A program made the translations under genes and the position numbers. The notes beneath the pieces were generated by a model. It did not search any database and was not told the DNA's origin. It saw only the letters and a list, made by a program, of their open reading frames with translations. Source: an uncultured virus (IMG/VR IMGVR_UViG_3300024301_001491) (Duplodnaviria > Heunggongvirae > Uroviricota > Caudoviricetes). Taken from it: a stretch of DNA of 64,000 nucleotides. Location of the stretch: IMG/VR virus record IMGVR_UViG_3300024301_001491; one strand, written 5' to 3'. Below are positions 26,521 through 35,978 of this stretch, one piece after another; within the stretch, counting starts at the first letter, position 1, and each line of letters begins with the position of its first letter.

Positions 26521-28059
26521 TCATAGTGCTATCTGTGTACAAGTTATCGTTGCTGAAGGAATAGCAGGACTGAATGCTGTTACGTCAGGTGCATCAATTA
26601 TAATAGCAGTATCAGAAGCTGCATACATGATTTGAATGTAATCATCCTTTGCAAGACTAACTGAAAGCGTATAAGCCAAAAGCTGATATACTCCGTTGCC
26701 TGTTATAGACTGACGCTTTGCTGAACGAGGAATGTCAACTCCGTTCTTTCTCATCCATACATAGAATGCCTTAGCAGCCGCGTTAGTCGAAGTCAAAGAA
26801 ATAGTTACATCAAACTTAAAGAAACCTGATTCTTCTGTATAAATCTTTGAATAATCAGGAATAGTTTCTCCATCGGCATGGAATCCACGAGAGATGTCAG
26901 TAACCCCAAATGTAATTGGATAAGCAGTATCGACGGTTAATGGATGTTGGTCGATCTCTGAAGAGAATCTAGCATACTGCATCTCCTGTTCGACAGTAGG
27001 ACGAACTATGATTCGACCAATAACGGCATCTTTATGCACAACCGCTGCAACAGGGATAACATTATTTGGCGCTGTTGGCTTTATATTTGTTAAACCACCT
27101 GGAACTAAAGGATTTGCATAAAGAATATCCCCTTCTTCCCACATGGAAGTGTCAACATCATTGACGTAACCAAATGCTGTTACAAACCCAGTCTCTCCAT
27201 TTACTATGTCTTCTGTCGTTATACCCATAACATAAAGACTTGGGTACGTGCCATTGGCAATCATAGGAGTAATTAGAAGTCTTGCATTATTATCAGATTC
27301 TGCACCAGCAAACATAACCAACGTACCATTCGTAATGGTTGAACCTGTTATGTTTTTAACTGGCGGGTAATATTGTTCTTGACCAATTTGTTGCCTAACA
27401 CTGTTTTTATGATGCAAATTTAATGTGCGATCAAAATTATTCCAGGTGAGAGTTCCCTCACCATGTGTATTATCATCTTCATGAGTAACATCAAATTGAA
27501 CAGAATCTATTGGACCAATATCTTTGGTGAATTGTACTTTCTTTGAAGCAGCATCGTATTCGAGCACCCAATTATCATTACCAGATGTCATCGTTGAACG
27601 CTCAACGTCATCCAAATATCTAAAGTTAACTTCGCCTGAACCTGGACCAGTGGCAGTTATTTTTCCTAGCCATTGTTCCATGAACTTAATTTTATCGGTG
27701 ATAGCTTTAATATCTTTAGATGTGGGTTCTGGATTGGGCTGTGAGAATGGTACAGCATCAGGCTGCTTTTTAAGCAAGCTAAGTACTTCTGCCTGTTTAT
27801 CAGCTTCACTTTTAATTTCTGGAATTTCTTCCTGGATAATATCTTGTTCGATCTGCTCTATAGCTTCGATTTTTTCAACTAGCTCATCGATTTCTTCTTT
27901 TTCAATTTCAAAGTGTTTTGGAGACGCAGAAGCCAACTGTGCAAAGAAGTCATTAACGTCTTCTCTAACAGTTTCCTTAATCTCTTTAATTTTCTGATGC
28001 TTAGGATCTTGGGCCTTAGCTTCAGAAATCAGTTTCAAGAAGTCATTTAATTCGCTCAT
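26521..28059 (-). CDS. Probable structural (fiber-like) protein
   Basis: Coiled N-terminus, GPGSGEVN.RYLDDV, beta-rich/C1q-like C-terminus. Confidence 0.6.
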   Translation of the reverse strand: MSELNDFLKLISEAKAQDPKHQKIKEIKETVREDVNDFFAQLASASPKHFEIEKEEIDELVEKIEAIEQIEQDIIQEEIPEIKSEADKQAEVLSLLKKQPDAVPFSQPNPEPTSKDIKAITDKIKFMEQWLGKITATGPGSGEVNFRYLDDVERSTMTSGNDNWVLEYDAASKKVQFTKDIGPIDSVQFDVTHEDDNTHGEGTLTWNNFDRTLNLHHKNSVRQQIGQEQYYPPVKNITGSTITNGTLVMFAGAESDNNARLLITPMIANGTYPSLYVMGITTEDIVNGETGFVTAFGYVNDVDTSMWEEGDILYANPLVPGGLTNIKPTAPNNVIPVAAVVHKDAVIGRIIVRPTVEQEMQYARFSSEIDQHPLTVDTAYPITFGVTDISRGFHADGETIPDYSKIYTEESGFFKFDVTISLTSTNAAAKAFYVWMRKNGVDIPRSAKRQSITGNGVYQLLAYTLSVSLAKDDYIQIMYAASDTAIIIDAPDVTAFSPAIPSATITCTQIAL

Positions 28060-28496
28060 TAACAATTCCACTTCTTAAGAGCAAGTGCTTTACGTGTTGG
28101 TTTACCGTTCTCGTCCTTCATAGGACCTTCAACGCCGCTCATACGGGCACAGAAAGATTTTCTACGTTTAGCATCCTTACTATCAGGATCCATTTTAGAT
28201 GGTTTCGTAGTTACTGCAGTTTGTAGTTTACTGCCTGGGTTCTCTCTACGAAAAGCATCAACGCCTTTTTGTGTCAATCCACCGGTAGAAGACTTATGCC
28301 CTTTAGCATCGATAGCCGCTTCACCAATTTCTGATTCCTCGTTTGCTGATTTAAAATCGGCATCGGTCGGAGCTCCTTTAGATCCTGGCTTACGCATCTT
28401 TTCATTGGAACCAGCTTTAATACGTTTGCGTTTAGCATGGATATTGGCCCATAGGCCATTTTTTTCTTCTTGTAAATATTCTTTAAATGTAATCAT
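28059..28496 (-). CDS. Basic protein, probably capsid-packaged (DUF6321-like)
   Basis: MITFKEYLQEE; GLWANIHAKR; RRKSFCARM...ALKKWNC. Confidence 0.7.
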   Translation of the reverse strand: MITFKEYLQEEKNGLWANIHAKRKRIKAGSNEKMRKPGSKGAPTDADFKSANEESEIGEAAIDAKGHKSSTGGLTQKGVDAFRRENPGSKLQTAVTTKPSKMDPDSKDAKRRKSFCARMSGVEGPMKDENGKPTRKALALKKWNC

Positions 28497-28505
28497 CGTA
28501 ATATC

Positions 28506-28766
28506 CTATGCTAAGTTATCGTAAGCGTCATGACCTAAGGAAAATCCATGTTTTTTACAATACGTGACCCAAGCGCCGTGTCTGTGTTTTTCTTTTAAGT
28601 CGTTATATGTATCGACCCACTTATACATACGCGAACTTGGATTATCATTCCAACGGTGCGCATATTTTGAAATATTTTTACTTAAAGTTTCTAATTGAGC
28701 AACAATCTTATCATCGGGATTCTTTGCTTCAGATAGCCTTTGTTTAAATTGATCATACCTAATCAT
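28506..28766 (-). CDS. Hypothetical protein, probably capsid-packaged
   Basis: Starts MIRYDQFKQRLSEA. Confidence 0.55.
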   Translation of the reverse strand: MIRYDQFKQRLSEAKNPDDKIVAQLETLSKNISKYAHRWNDNPSSRMYKWVDTYNDLKEKHRHGAWVTYCKKHGFSLGHDAYDNLA

Positions 28767-29995
28767 CTCTGCCATCCCTTGATAATATCAGCTGAAAAGT
28801 TAGCTTTACTAAATTCCATACGATCTACAATTTTAACTGCACCGCCAGATAGGTGGTCTATTGCAACGAATCCTTCGACTCCAGTTACTTTAAAACCGTT
28901 TGCAGTCCTTAAGAAAGTATTTATGTGACCAGCTTTATTCATCTTATCGATAATCATCTGTTTGGCTTCAACAATCAGATTCATCAAATCGAATATGGCT
29001 ACAATCTGATTCTTGTCGTGATGGGCAAAGAACTGAAGAACTTTCTTGCGAGCGTCTTCTTGTTTATTTTTTCCAGCTTCTGTCTTTCTACGGTCAATCA
29101 TACCCTGATACCTGTCATAGATATAATGGTATAGACCTTCTACGTGTGCTTTTGTGTTTGTGATTTTTTCTGCATTACGAACTTTGGAGTTATTGTAGGT
29201 CTTCACAGCAGCTAATAGATCTGCATCTCGTGAGATTGCGTTTAGGGTTTGCGCGCTGATTGACCCAAATAACTTCCCGGCACTCGATAAAACTGCAGTG
29301 ACTCTATCTGTCTCAGCTTTCGTGAACGTCGCTGTGCCAGAATAATCTCTATAATTAGCATCGTCCATCCAAACGGATTGGACCTCGTTTAACTTGTCAA
29401 CTATAGTTTTACCAAAACTTGCTTTCATAGTCTCGAATGTTTTTCCGGAATACGTCGTATGCCAAACAACACCGATCTTTGAACCTCTAATCTTCTTGCC
29501 TAGTTCACTATTATACGGAACAGCATAGACAATAGTATTTGGATGGAAGGTTATATAATCCTGTCCATCGATATTTTCTTTCTTAAGATCGTTCTTGGTG
29601 AACATCAAATCACCTTGGAACACACCTTCTTTTACGCCCAACTTTGAGAATTCTATCAATGCGATCTTTAATTTTGCCGCAAGATCTCCCGAAGTATCTG
29701 CATCAATTTCTGCCGCAGTCTTATATACCTTAGGCGATTTATTGAATACGCCTTTCTTTGCAACAAAGAATTTACCATCTCTTGGATCTACGCCAGCAAA
29801 AACGGCCGGAGCACCATCCCATTTTACCGTTGCAGTAACTTTAGATGTAGAACTGCCGGCTAACATGTCGCGAAGATCGCGTAAGAATAAAATAGATTTA
29901 CGTGCACCCTCAACTCCTTCATTGAAGATCATATCCTCAACGTGTTCCATGTGGGTGTTCTTTTCTTCGGCGATGAATTCTTTAAGCTTTAACAT
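28763..29995 (-). CDS. Ligase-like nucleotidyltransferase (DUF6267-like)
   Basis: TVKWDGAPA (motif I, KxDG), FQGDLMF, EGFV, VKIVDR; starts MLKLKEFIAEE. Confidence 0.7.
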   Translation of the reverse strand: MLKLKEFIAEEKNTHMEHVEDMIFNEGVEGARKSILFLRDLRDMLAGSSTSKVTATVKWDGAPAVFAGVDPRDGKFFVAKKGVFNKSPKVYKTAAEIDADTSGDLAAKLKIALIEFSKLGVKEGVFQGDLMFTKNDLKKENIDGQDYITFHPNTIVYAVPYNSELGKKIRGSKIGVVWHTTYSGKTFETMKASFGKTIVDKLNEVQSVWMDDANYRDYSGTATFTKAETDRVTAVLSSAGKLFGSISAQTLNAISRDADLLAAVKTYNNSKVRNAEKITNTKAHVEGLYHYIYDRYQGMIDRRKTEAGKNKQEDARKKVLQFFAHHDKNQIVAIFDLMNLIVEAKQMIIDKMNKAGHINTFLRTANGFKVTGVEGFVAIDHLSGGAVKIVDRMEFSKANFSADIIKGWQR

Positions 29996-30003
29996 ATATT
30001 AAT

Positions 30004-30050
30004 ATTATACCATATCTTCGATTTGTTGTACATATAATACTAAAGTATTA
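30004..30050 (-). promoter_or_regulatory. Early-type promoter with TAATACT-TT-AGTATTA inverted repeat
   Basis: TGTACA-17-TATAAT. Confidence 0.75.
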
Positions 30051-30998
30051 ACTTGCCTTCATAGTACCAATTTTAGTATTAACTTGTACTCCAGAGAATG
30101 CACCATGAGTCGGTCTGTGTTCAACTGTTGCCACGTGTCTACCTTCGTCGTCGTGGATCTTAACTAGATTACTTCCGGCGGTATGACGCATTTCAAACTT
30201 CTTAGACTTCTCAATAGCTTGAGCGTGATCAAGTTGATGGCTAGGAACTGACTTGTTCTTTTCTCCATTGACGTAGTCATATGGTACTGCAGGTTTTTCA
30301 GATTTCATAATATAACGTAGATGCTTACGTTGATCTTCAATAGAAGCCTTGTTGAACTGTTTACTATGGTGTGCTGCAGCCTCTGCCTGTGTTTCTTTAT
30401 TTGCAGCTTTTACTTTAGGATCATTACGTACGGCTTTAATTTCTGCTCCGCTCTTGCCTTCTAAGCCGGCTTTCTTTTTACCTTTTGCCCATATAGAGCC
30501 AACCTCAGTTTTAATATGACCTTTATTCTGACTGTCGAAAGTACCGATACCGTTATTACTTAGAGTACCTTGCGTTGCCTTTAAAGACGCTCCATGTAGT
30601 TTTCCATCTTTAGTCTTAACAACAACGTCATGCGGGTTTTGAATACGATCAGCTTTAGCATTAATCAAATGATCGATTCCCTTTGAAGTATGATGAACTT
30701 CATGAATATCAGCAGGATTAATCTTGTGATTCTTTTTAAGACTTTCAATATAAGACTCGGCGGATGCTTTAGCTGATTGCAAAGCACGACTCTTTAGATG
30801 ATCAGGAAGCTTGTCAAAAGCAGCTTTACCCTTCGATCCAATCTCTTGCATTCGTTTTTTATGTTCTGGATCGTTGTTAGTCTTAGAACCAGTCATATGA
30901 TGCAAATGCATCGCTGTTGCAGTTTCATATGCAACGCCAAAGTGTTCATTAGAAGAACTACCAGAGGCTTCAGTTAAAAAGTCTATAAAGTTTTTCAT
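30048..30998 (-). CDS. Probable capsid-packaged protein, PD-(D/E)xK nuclease-like
   Basis: MKNFIDFLTEA; G..YE, HDVVV...GASLK. Confidence 0.55.
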   Translation of the reverse strand: MKNFIDFLTEASGSSSNEHFGVAYETATAMHLHHMTGSKTNNDPEHKKRMQEIGSKGKAAFDKLPDHLKSRALQSAKASAESYIESLKKNHKINPADIHEVHHTSKGIDHLINAKADRIQNPHDVVVKTKDGKLHGASLKATQGTLSNNGIGTFDSQNKGHIKTEVGSIWAKGKKKAGLEGKSGAEIKAVRNDPKVKAANKETQAEAAAHHSKQFNKASIEDQRKHLRYIMKSEKPAVPYDYVNGEKNKSVPSHQLDHAQAIEKSKKFEMRHTAGSNLVKIHDDEGRHVATVEHRPTHGAFSGVQVNTKIGTMKAS

Positions 30999-31742
30999 TT
31001 ATACAAAACATCCCAGGTTTAATTTATCTTTTAAAATAGTAACGCTCTTTCCATCAACTGGAGCAATGTTGTATGGAGATTTAGATTTCATACTAAATTG
31101 CATTTCAAACGTAAACTGATAATTTCCAGAGCCCTTGTATTGAACACGGGCTCTATACGTAGCCTTTGCAGAAGCACCGAATGTAGGAACACCTTTTAAT
31201 TTCAGAGGGTTTGCCTTTCCCATTAAATAGAAACCATGCGTGCCAACATTGACATAGTGTGTATCTTTACGATTATAATACTGCTCTATTTTCGTTGCAG
31301 GAATTTCACCACGGATATCGGCAAAGGTATCACGATCTCTTTCATATCTTTGTTTAGGAGTCATCTTACCAGCAGTTGCATTCCATTCAACGTCTTTATC
31401 TCTTTTATACGGTTTTTCTTTCCATTGCTTTTTGATAAGGTCAAACAACTTAACCTCTTTAGCAAGATCAGCAATGAACCTTTTCTCATCCTCGTCGGCT
31501 TTAATATCACCGAACTTCCAAGGGTTTCTCTTATCTTTAGAATCGTATTTTATGACCAATGAACCTGCTGATGCAGCAGTAATCTTAAGCTCACACCCGG
31601 CTTCTTTCTTTTTATGCAAGAGCATTAAGTCAGGCTGGTCATGACCAGCGCCTGCAGGCTTAAACGATTTAGGCACGAAGCCCATTGGTTTAAGCATATT
31701 ACTTGCATTTATTTCGTATTGGAAGCCTTGTTGAGCGGCCAT
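30999..31742 (-). CDS. PD-(D/E)xK nuclease-like protein
   Basis: GFQYE...PDL...CELK; late promoter at 31769-31776. Confidence 0.55.
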   Translation of the reverse strand: MAAQQGFQYEINASNMLKPMGFVPKSFKPAGAGHDQPDLMLLHKKKEAGCELKITAASAGSLVIKYDSKDKRNPWKFGDIKADEDEKRFIADLAKEVKLFDLIKKQWKEKPYKRDKDVEWNATAGKMTPKQRYERDRDTFADIRGEIPATKIEQYYNRKDTHYVNVGTHGFYLMGKANPLKLKGVPTFGASAKATYRARVQYKGSGNYQFTFEMQFSMKSKSPYNIAPVDGKSVTILKDKLNLGCFV

Positions 31743-31768
31743 ATATTACTCCGATAATAACTATATTC

Positions 31769-31799
31769 TATTTATAAAAAAAGGGACCTAGTGGTCCCT
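31769..31799 (-). terminator. Intrinsic terminator fused to late promoter TATAAATA
   Basis: AGGGACC-ACTA-GGTCCCT, U-tract, then TATAAATA. Confidence 0.8.
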
Positions 31800-31803
31800 G
31801 AGT

Positions 31804-32799
31804 TTAATTGAAAAACCCCTCGAGGGAGTCTTGTTTGCCCCAATTATATCGCCTATAATACTCTGGCGATATATGAACACTAGAACTGGCTTCCATATGC
31901 ATCTTGGCATACTTCTCACCATCCATATGGTACCACTCCTCTGGGGGCATTATAACCTTGTTTCCACTATGTGTATTTAGTAGTTCAATAAACCTAAGCG
32001 TAAGTCGGATCCGATCATCACGTGATCCAAAAAATGGAGTACCTTTGAAATATCCAGACTTAGGAAGCTTCCTATCCTCATATTCGACAGGCACTGGTGC
32101 TCCGTAATATACATCCACCCCATATTCACGCTCAAGTTCCTGGCCTTGTGCAACATACTCTGATATCATATTATCTAGATTATCGTCATGACGAAGCAAG
32201 TGATGACGGATATCAATGGAACCAAGACTAAATGTGATCTGTCCTTTAGGTGTCATTCCACGGAATTCATTCTTAAGACCGTTCTTTAATGTACCAAACA
32301 ATGTTTTGCCGTTAGTACGTAACACCACATCATTTGCCTGAGAAAAAGCAGGAGTATGACTGTCACCCACCGAAATGTCATTGAGCCAATCGATATTTTC
32401 TTGCTTTAGAGATGGTACGTTTGATGTACACCAACTAGATAGCATATCACACCACTTTTCAGTGATTCCATCATATGTAGTTGCATTTCCGATACGTTTA
32501 CGCAGTTGTTCACCCCAATTGGGCATGTCGAAATCTAGTGATACAACATTCTTACATTGCATAACACGATCGATTTTCTCAAAAATATCTTGGCCCGCAC
32601 CGCCAAATAGATTAAGTGTTCCACCAAAGTTTACACCATGCTCGATGTACACTAACGATCCGTTAAGTATATTGGTGGAACACTTATGATCCACTTCAGC
32701 GTTAAGCTGTTCCGCCCACACCTGTGACCATCCCCGTACGTGGGAGTTTGCAAGCTTGGGAATATTGCTAATAGGATTTGTAATTACAGGCTTTGACAT
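31804..32799 (-). CDS. Putative DNA-modification enzyme: BGT-like N-terminal domain plus SGNH-like C-terminal domain
   Basis: TLNLFGG loop; GDSH, LGSID and SVH motifs; last gene of the modification operon. Confidence 0.5.
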   Translation of the reverse strand: MSKPVITNPISNIPKLANSHVRGWSQVWAEQLNAEVDHKCSTNILNGSLVYIEHGVNFGGTLNLFGGAGQDIFEKIDRVMQCKNVVSLDFDMPNWGEQLRKRIGNATTYDGITEKWCDMLSSWCTSNVPSLKQENIDWLNDISVGDSHTPAFSQANDVVLRTNGKTLFGTLKNGLKNEFRGMTPKGQITFSLGSIDIRHHLLRHDDNLDNMISEYVAQGQELEREYGVDVYYGAPVPVEYEDRKLPKSGYFKGTPFFGSRDDRIRLTLRFIELLNTHSGNKVIMPPEEWYHMDGEKYAKMHMEASSSVHISPEYYRRYNWGKQDSLEGFFN

Positions 32800-33935
32800 T
32801 TTGCTTTGTATTCTTCTACCGTTAAACCGGCCTTCTTAATAATATAATCATCGGATGGGTGTTTAGTGATACCATTGAATGTATCTACCAATCCTAATTG
32901 TAACATAGCCTCTTGTCTACCAAATGGATGATCTTTAATCTTGCATGAAGACCACACCTTATCAAAGTCCAAATGGTTATACGCTGCTCCAGGTCGAATA
33001 TAGTTCTCTACCCATCGGATGTAATCACAACACACGTCTTCTGCATTATATGGAAACGATCCTGTATCCAAGTAGATTTGTTGCATGACCTCATCAAGGA
33101 ATTGGTCCTGATTCATCTTCTTGGTTGGAGTTGCCAAATAAGAAATACATTCACGAGCATTGGTTCCGTAGTAGAACATAGAGTCGCGATTTACATACTG
33201 AGGGAACCAATCGGCAATATCTGCAACTGTTGCTGCGTACTGAAAGAAGTATTGGCGCAAACCATTCTTCTTATTCCAATCGAGCATAAACCCACCTAGT
33301 TCACGTAGATCTCGCTTACCACCTTTTTCCAACCATTCAGCCATTTCACGTGCAAGTCGTGGAGCATATTCACAGAGGTAGTAATCACCGCCTCGTTTGT
33401 AATCACCACCTTCTGGTGGTTTAGGGAATGCCGGAAACTGGTATCCAACCGAAGTATAGAAAGGCTTGTGATAGATCCTCACGATCCTCGTCATATCTTC
33501 AATGGTCCGACATTCATGAAGATGGAAAATAATAGTATTATGATAGCCTGATGGTTTAGTTGCGTAGTTAATTGCAGAACCAGTTACACGATGTAAAATG
33601 AATAGATAGAGCCATTCCGCCAATTTAAAGTCTGAATGTTTTCCAGTCCAGTCTTTAGCAACAATTTGACGTTGGATGGTGGCATTGCCACTTTCCATCT
33701 TTTTCCAGTATGGGTGTTCTTCAGTCCAACCGTAAAAGCAATCGTTGATGATCTGAGAGAATCCTGCGTACTTACGTTCTACCACATCGTATAGCTCAAC
33801 GTTTTCCATTAGGCTATCACCCATGTTCGACTCACTATGAGGTAACCAACCAAAGTTACAAAGTTCTTGTTGTTTAGTGGCTAACTCAAAGTATCGCAGA
33901 TACTCTTCATAATGTTTGGTTGGTTCAATGTTCAT
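32784..33935 (-). CDS. Amino acid:DNA transferase-like protein (aGPT-Pplase family)
   Basis: FQYAATVADIAD...YGTNA and EDVCCDYIRW resemble the family patterns Q...D...G..A and E..LCE..K; sits in the dCMP hydroxymethylase operon. Confidence 0.6.
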   Translation of the reverse strand: MNIEPTKHYEEYLRYFELATKQQELCNFGWLPHSESNMGDSLMENVELYDVVERKYAGFSQIINDCFYGWTEEHPYWKKMESGNATIQRQIVAKDWTGKHSDFKLAEWLYLFILHRVTGSAINYATKPSGYHNTIIFHLHECRTIEDMTRIVRIYHKPFYTSVGYQFPAFPKPPEGGDYKRGGDYYLCEYAPRLAREMAEWLEKGGKRDLRELGGFMLDWNKKNGLRQYFFQYAATVADIADWFPQYVNRDSMFYYGTNARECISYLATPTKKMNQDQFLDEVMQQIYLDTGSFPYNAEDVCCDYIRWVENYIRPGAAYNHLDFDKVWSSCKIKDHPFGRQEAMLQLGLVDTFNGITKHPSDDYIIKKAGLTVEEYKAKCQSL

Positions 33936-34387
33936 AACTTAATAATATCTACGCCTGATTCTTTAAACATATTTTCAGAAAGCTTTAACGATTTTTCCCA
34001 TATATCAGGAATCACTTCATCAGTAGACCAGTAAACTTTCTTAATACCTACTTGAATGATCCCTTTAGCACACTCAGAACATGCAGGCAATCCCCACACA
34101 AAAAGAGAAGAGTCTGCCAAAGATACTCCGTTATAAGTTGCATTATAAATGCAATTCATTTCAGCGTGAACTACGTATTGATATTTAGTCTCTCTGTTCG
34201 AGTACCGAGATTCATAATCAAATATTCCACGGGGAAATCCGTTATATCCCTGAGACAAAACTTGTCCCTTTTCTCCAATTGCAACTGCACCAATCTTTCT
34301 GCTTGGATCTTTACTCCAAGCAGAAATTTCCTTGGCTAATGAAATATATCTGTTATTCCATTTATTTGTTTGTCGTTTCGAATTCAT
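33932..34387 (-). CDS. cd: dCMP deaminase
   Basis: GYNGFPRG, HAEMN and PACSECAK zinc motifs. Confidence 0.93.
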   Translation of the reverse strand: MNSKRQTNKWNNRYISLAKEISAWSKDPSRKIGAVAIGEKGQVLSQGYNGFPRGIFDYESRYSNRETKYQYVVHAEMNCIYNATYNGVSLADSSLFVWGLPACSECAKGIIQVGIKKVYWSTDEVIPDIWEKSLKLSENMFKESGVDIIKL

Positions 34388-35061
34388 GCTTCTTTTTTAA
34401 TCAAGTGCCAGTGGCGATCATATATGTGCAGAGAACCAGCATTCCACATAATACGGCCTAAACCATATGATGACGAAGTTCGTGCATTAAGTCCGATTAA
34501 CAATTGGGCTTGTACAAACTTTTGCCATGCGTAGTCATTCTTATAACCGTAAATTGCATCGTTACTGCGCATATACACCATCGCATGCAGTTGGCCATTC
34601 CGAAGAACATATTGTACGTTATTTGTGCACATGAAATCGGACATACCGTTCTTATTATAATCAGTATGCATTGAAGGACGAGTATAGATCATATTAGCAC
34701 GTCGAGAATTGGGATCACGTGCTAATTCTTCTAACACATGTTTAAACTGATAACCATTCTCTTCAGAGTAAATACACCATCCATAGTTAGAATTAATAAA
34801 TCCGTCTGGATCTGCAACTTGCGCCCATACGGCAGGTGGTCCGCCTTCAATGTCATTAACATTGAGAGACATTGAACGATACCAGCTCAGTTCTTTTTCT
34901 ACGTATTCTTGATTGACTGTACCAAAAATTTTATCTTCATCTGCAATAAAGGTTGCATTCAACAACTCAATCGTTCGAACTCCTGTATTACGATCTACTG
35001 TAAATTGTTCTGCAAGTAATGCATTATTAAATTCTGTACGTATATCTTCTACTCGAATCAT
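34384..35061 (-). CDS. gp42: dCMP hydroxymethylase (T4 gp42-like)
   Basis: INSNYGW, SRRA.MIYTRPSM, SDFMCTN.VQY, MRSNDAIYGYKNDYAWQ, AGSLHIY; Asp at the dCMP-specificity position. Confidence 0.88.
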   Translation of the reverse strand: MIRVEDIRTEFNNALLAEQFTVDRNTGVRTIELLNATFIADEDKIFGTVNQEYVEKELSWYRSMSLNVNDIEGGPPAVWAQVADPDGFINSNYGWCIYSEENGYQFKHVLEELARDPNSRRANMIYTRPSMHTDYNKNGMSDFMCTNNVQYVLRNGQLHAMVYMRSNDAIYGYKNDYAWQKFVQAQLLIGLNARTSSSYGLGRIMWNAGSLHIYDRHWHLIKKEA

Positions 35062-35417
35062 TTATTTTCTCCTTTAATCACTTTGCGGCCAAATATATCT
35101 TTCTTTGACACATCTTGACCTGGAATCTGCCCACGCATATATGCTGCAAGGAACGATGCATAATTAATCAAATCTAATGCAGAATCTTCAATAGATTCAA
35201 AGTTAGCTTTCCCGCCTTGTTCCATAGTCTCTAGAACAGATACCATGCGAAGATATTTAGCGTTAATAATATCCATAACAGACCACACTCCACGCGGATA
35301 ATAGTCTGCTTGTTGTACTGAGGAATTGGGATTATTATAATCTAATCCTTTACGTTCTTGAAGTTCTGCTGCCTCAAGAAGAATATTTGCTGATGCTCGT
35401 GTATATTGTGTCATGTT
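35058..35417 (-). CDS. All-alpha NTP-pyrophosphatase-like protein (Nmad1/DUF1599-like)
   Basis: Q.RKG.DY...K..R...ESIEDSALDLINYA. Confidence 0.7.
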   Translation of the reverse strand, partial: NMTQYTRASANILLEAAELQERKGLDYNNPNSSVQQADYYPRGVWSVMDIINAKYLRMVSVLETMEQGGKANFESIEDSALDLINYASFLAAYMRGQIPGQDVSKKDIFGRKVIKGENK

Positions 35418-35423
35418 CACCTC

Positions 35424-35978
35424 TTAATAAATTGTTGCATCTCTTAGACCAAAGGCTACACAATCGCCGGTTTTGGTCGCTATACGATGATCGTAATAGT
35501 ATGAACTATTATACTGACTTTTCTGAAAATAGAATTCAAACTTCTTCGAATCCACAATCATGGCAAAGTCGATAATATAGTTATCATCCGATTCATCCAT
35601 ATAAGCCGTGACTAGATAATCAATGTCCATACAGTTTTTGATGTATGTGCCGATTTTCTTGCCAGAGTAGGTAAAGTATTTAGCGCCGGTTTTATGTCGC
35701 TTTACTTCAAACTTCTTACCGTCAACCTTAACGTCCCAAATATACGAGTCTTTGTCTCTAAAGTTAAACTCTTTGGGGTTACGTTCACCGCCTAGAACTT
35801 TTACTAAAGCAAACTCGATCGCAATACGTTTACAGTCTCGGAAGACTTCTTCTTGCGTTCTAGAATCTGCACCACGACTAAAGATCGCCACAGCCATTGA
35901 GGCTATATCGTCTTCTATCTCTTCTTTGGGGATCCGTACTGTTCCGGAGTCTTTTAGCTTTTGCGCAATTTCAATCAT
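35424..35978 (-). CDS. PD-(D/E)xK nuclease-like protein
   Basis: IAIEFA...WDVKVDGKKFEVK. Confidence 0.55.
   Translation of the reverse strand: MIEIAQKLKDSGTVRIPKEEIEDDIASMAVAIFSRGADSRTQEEVFRDCKRIAIEFALVKVLGGERNPKEFNFRDKDSYIWDVKVDGKKFEVKRHKTGAKYFTYSGKKIGTYIKNCMDIDYLVTAYMDESDDNYIIDFAMIVDSKKFEFYFQKSQYNSSYYYDHRIATKTGDCVAFGLRDATIY

Noticed and set aside
34384..35061. ThyA or dUMP hydroxymethylase
   Set aside because: It has Asp rather than Asn at the specificity position, its motifs match T4 gp42, and ThyX is present separately.
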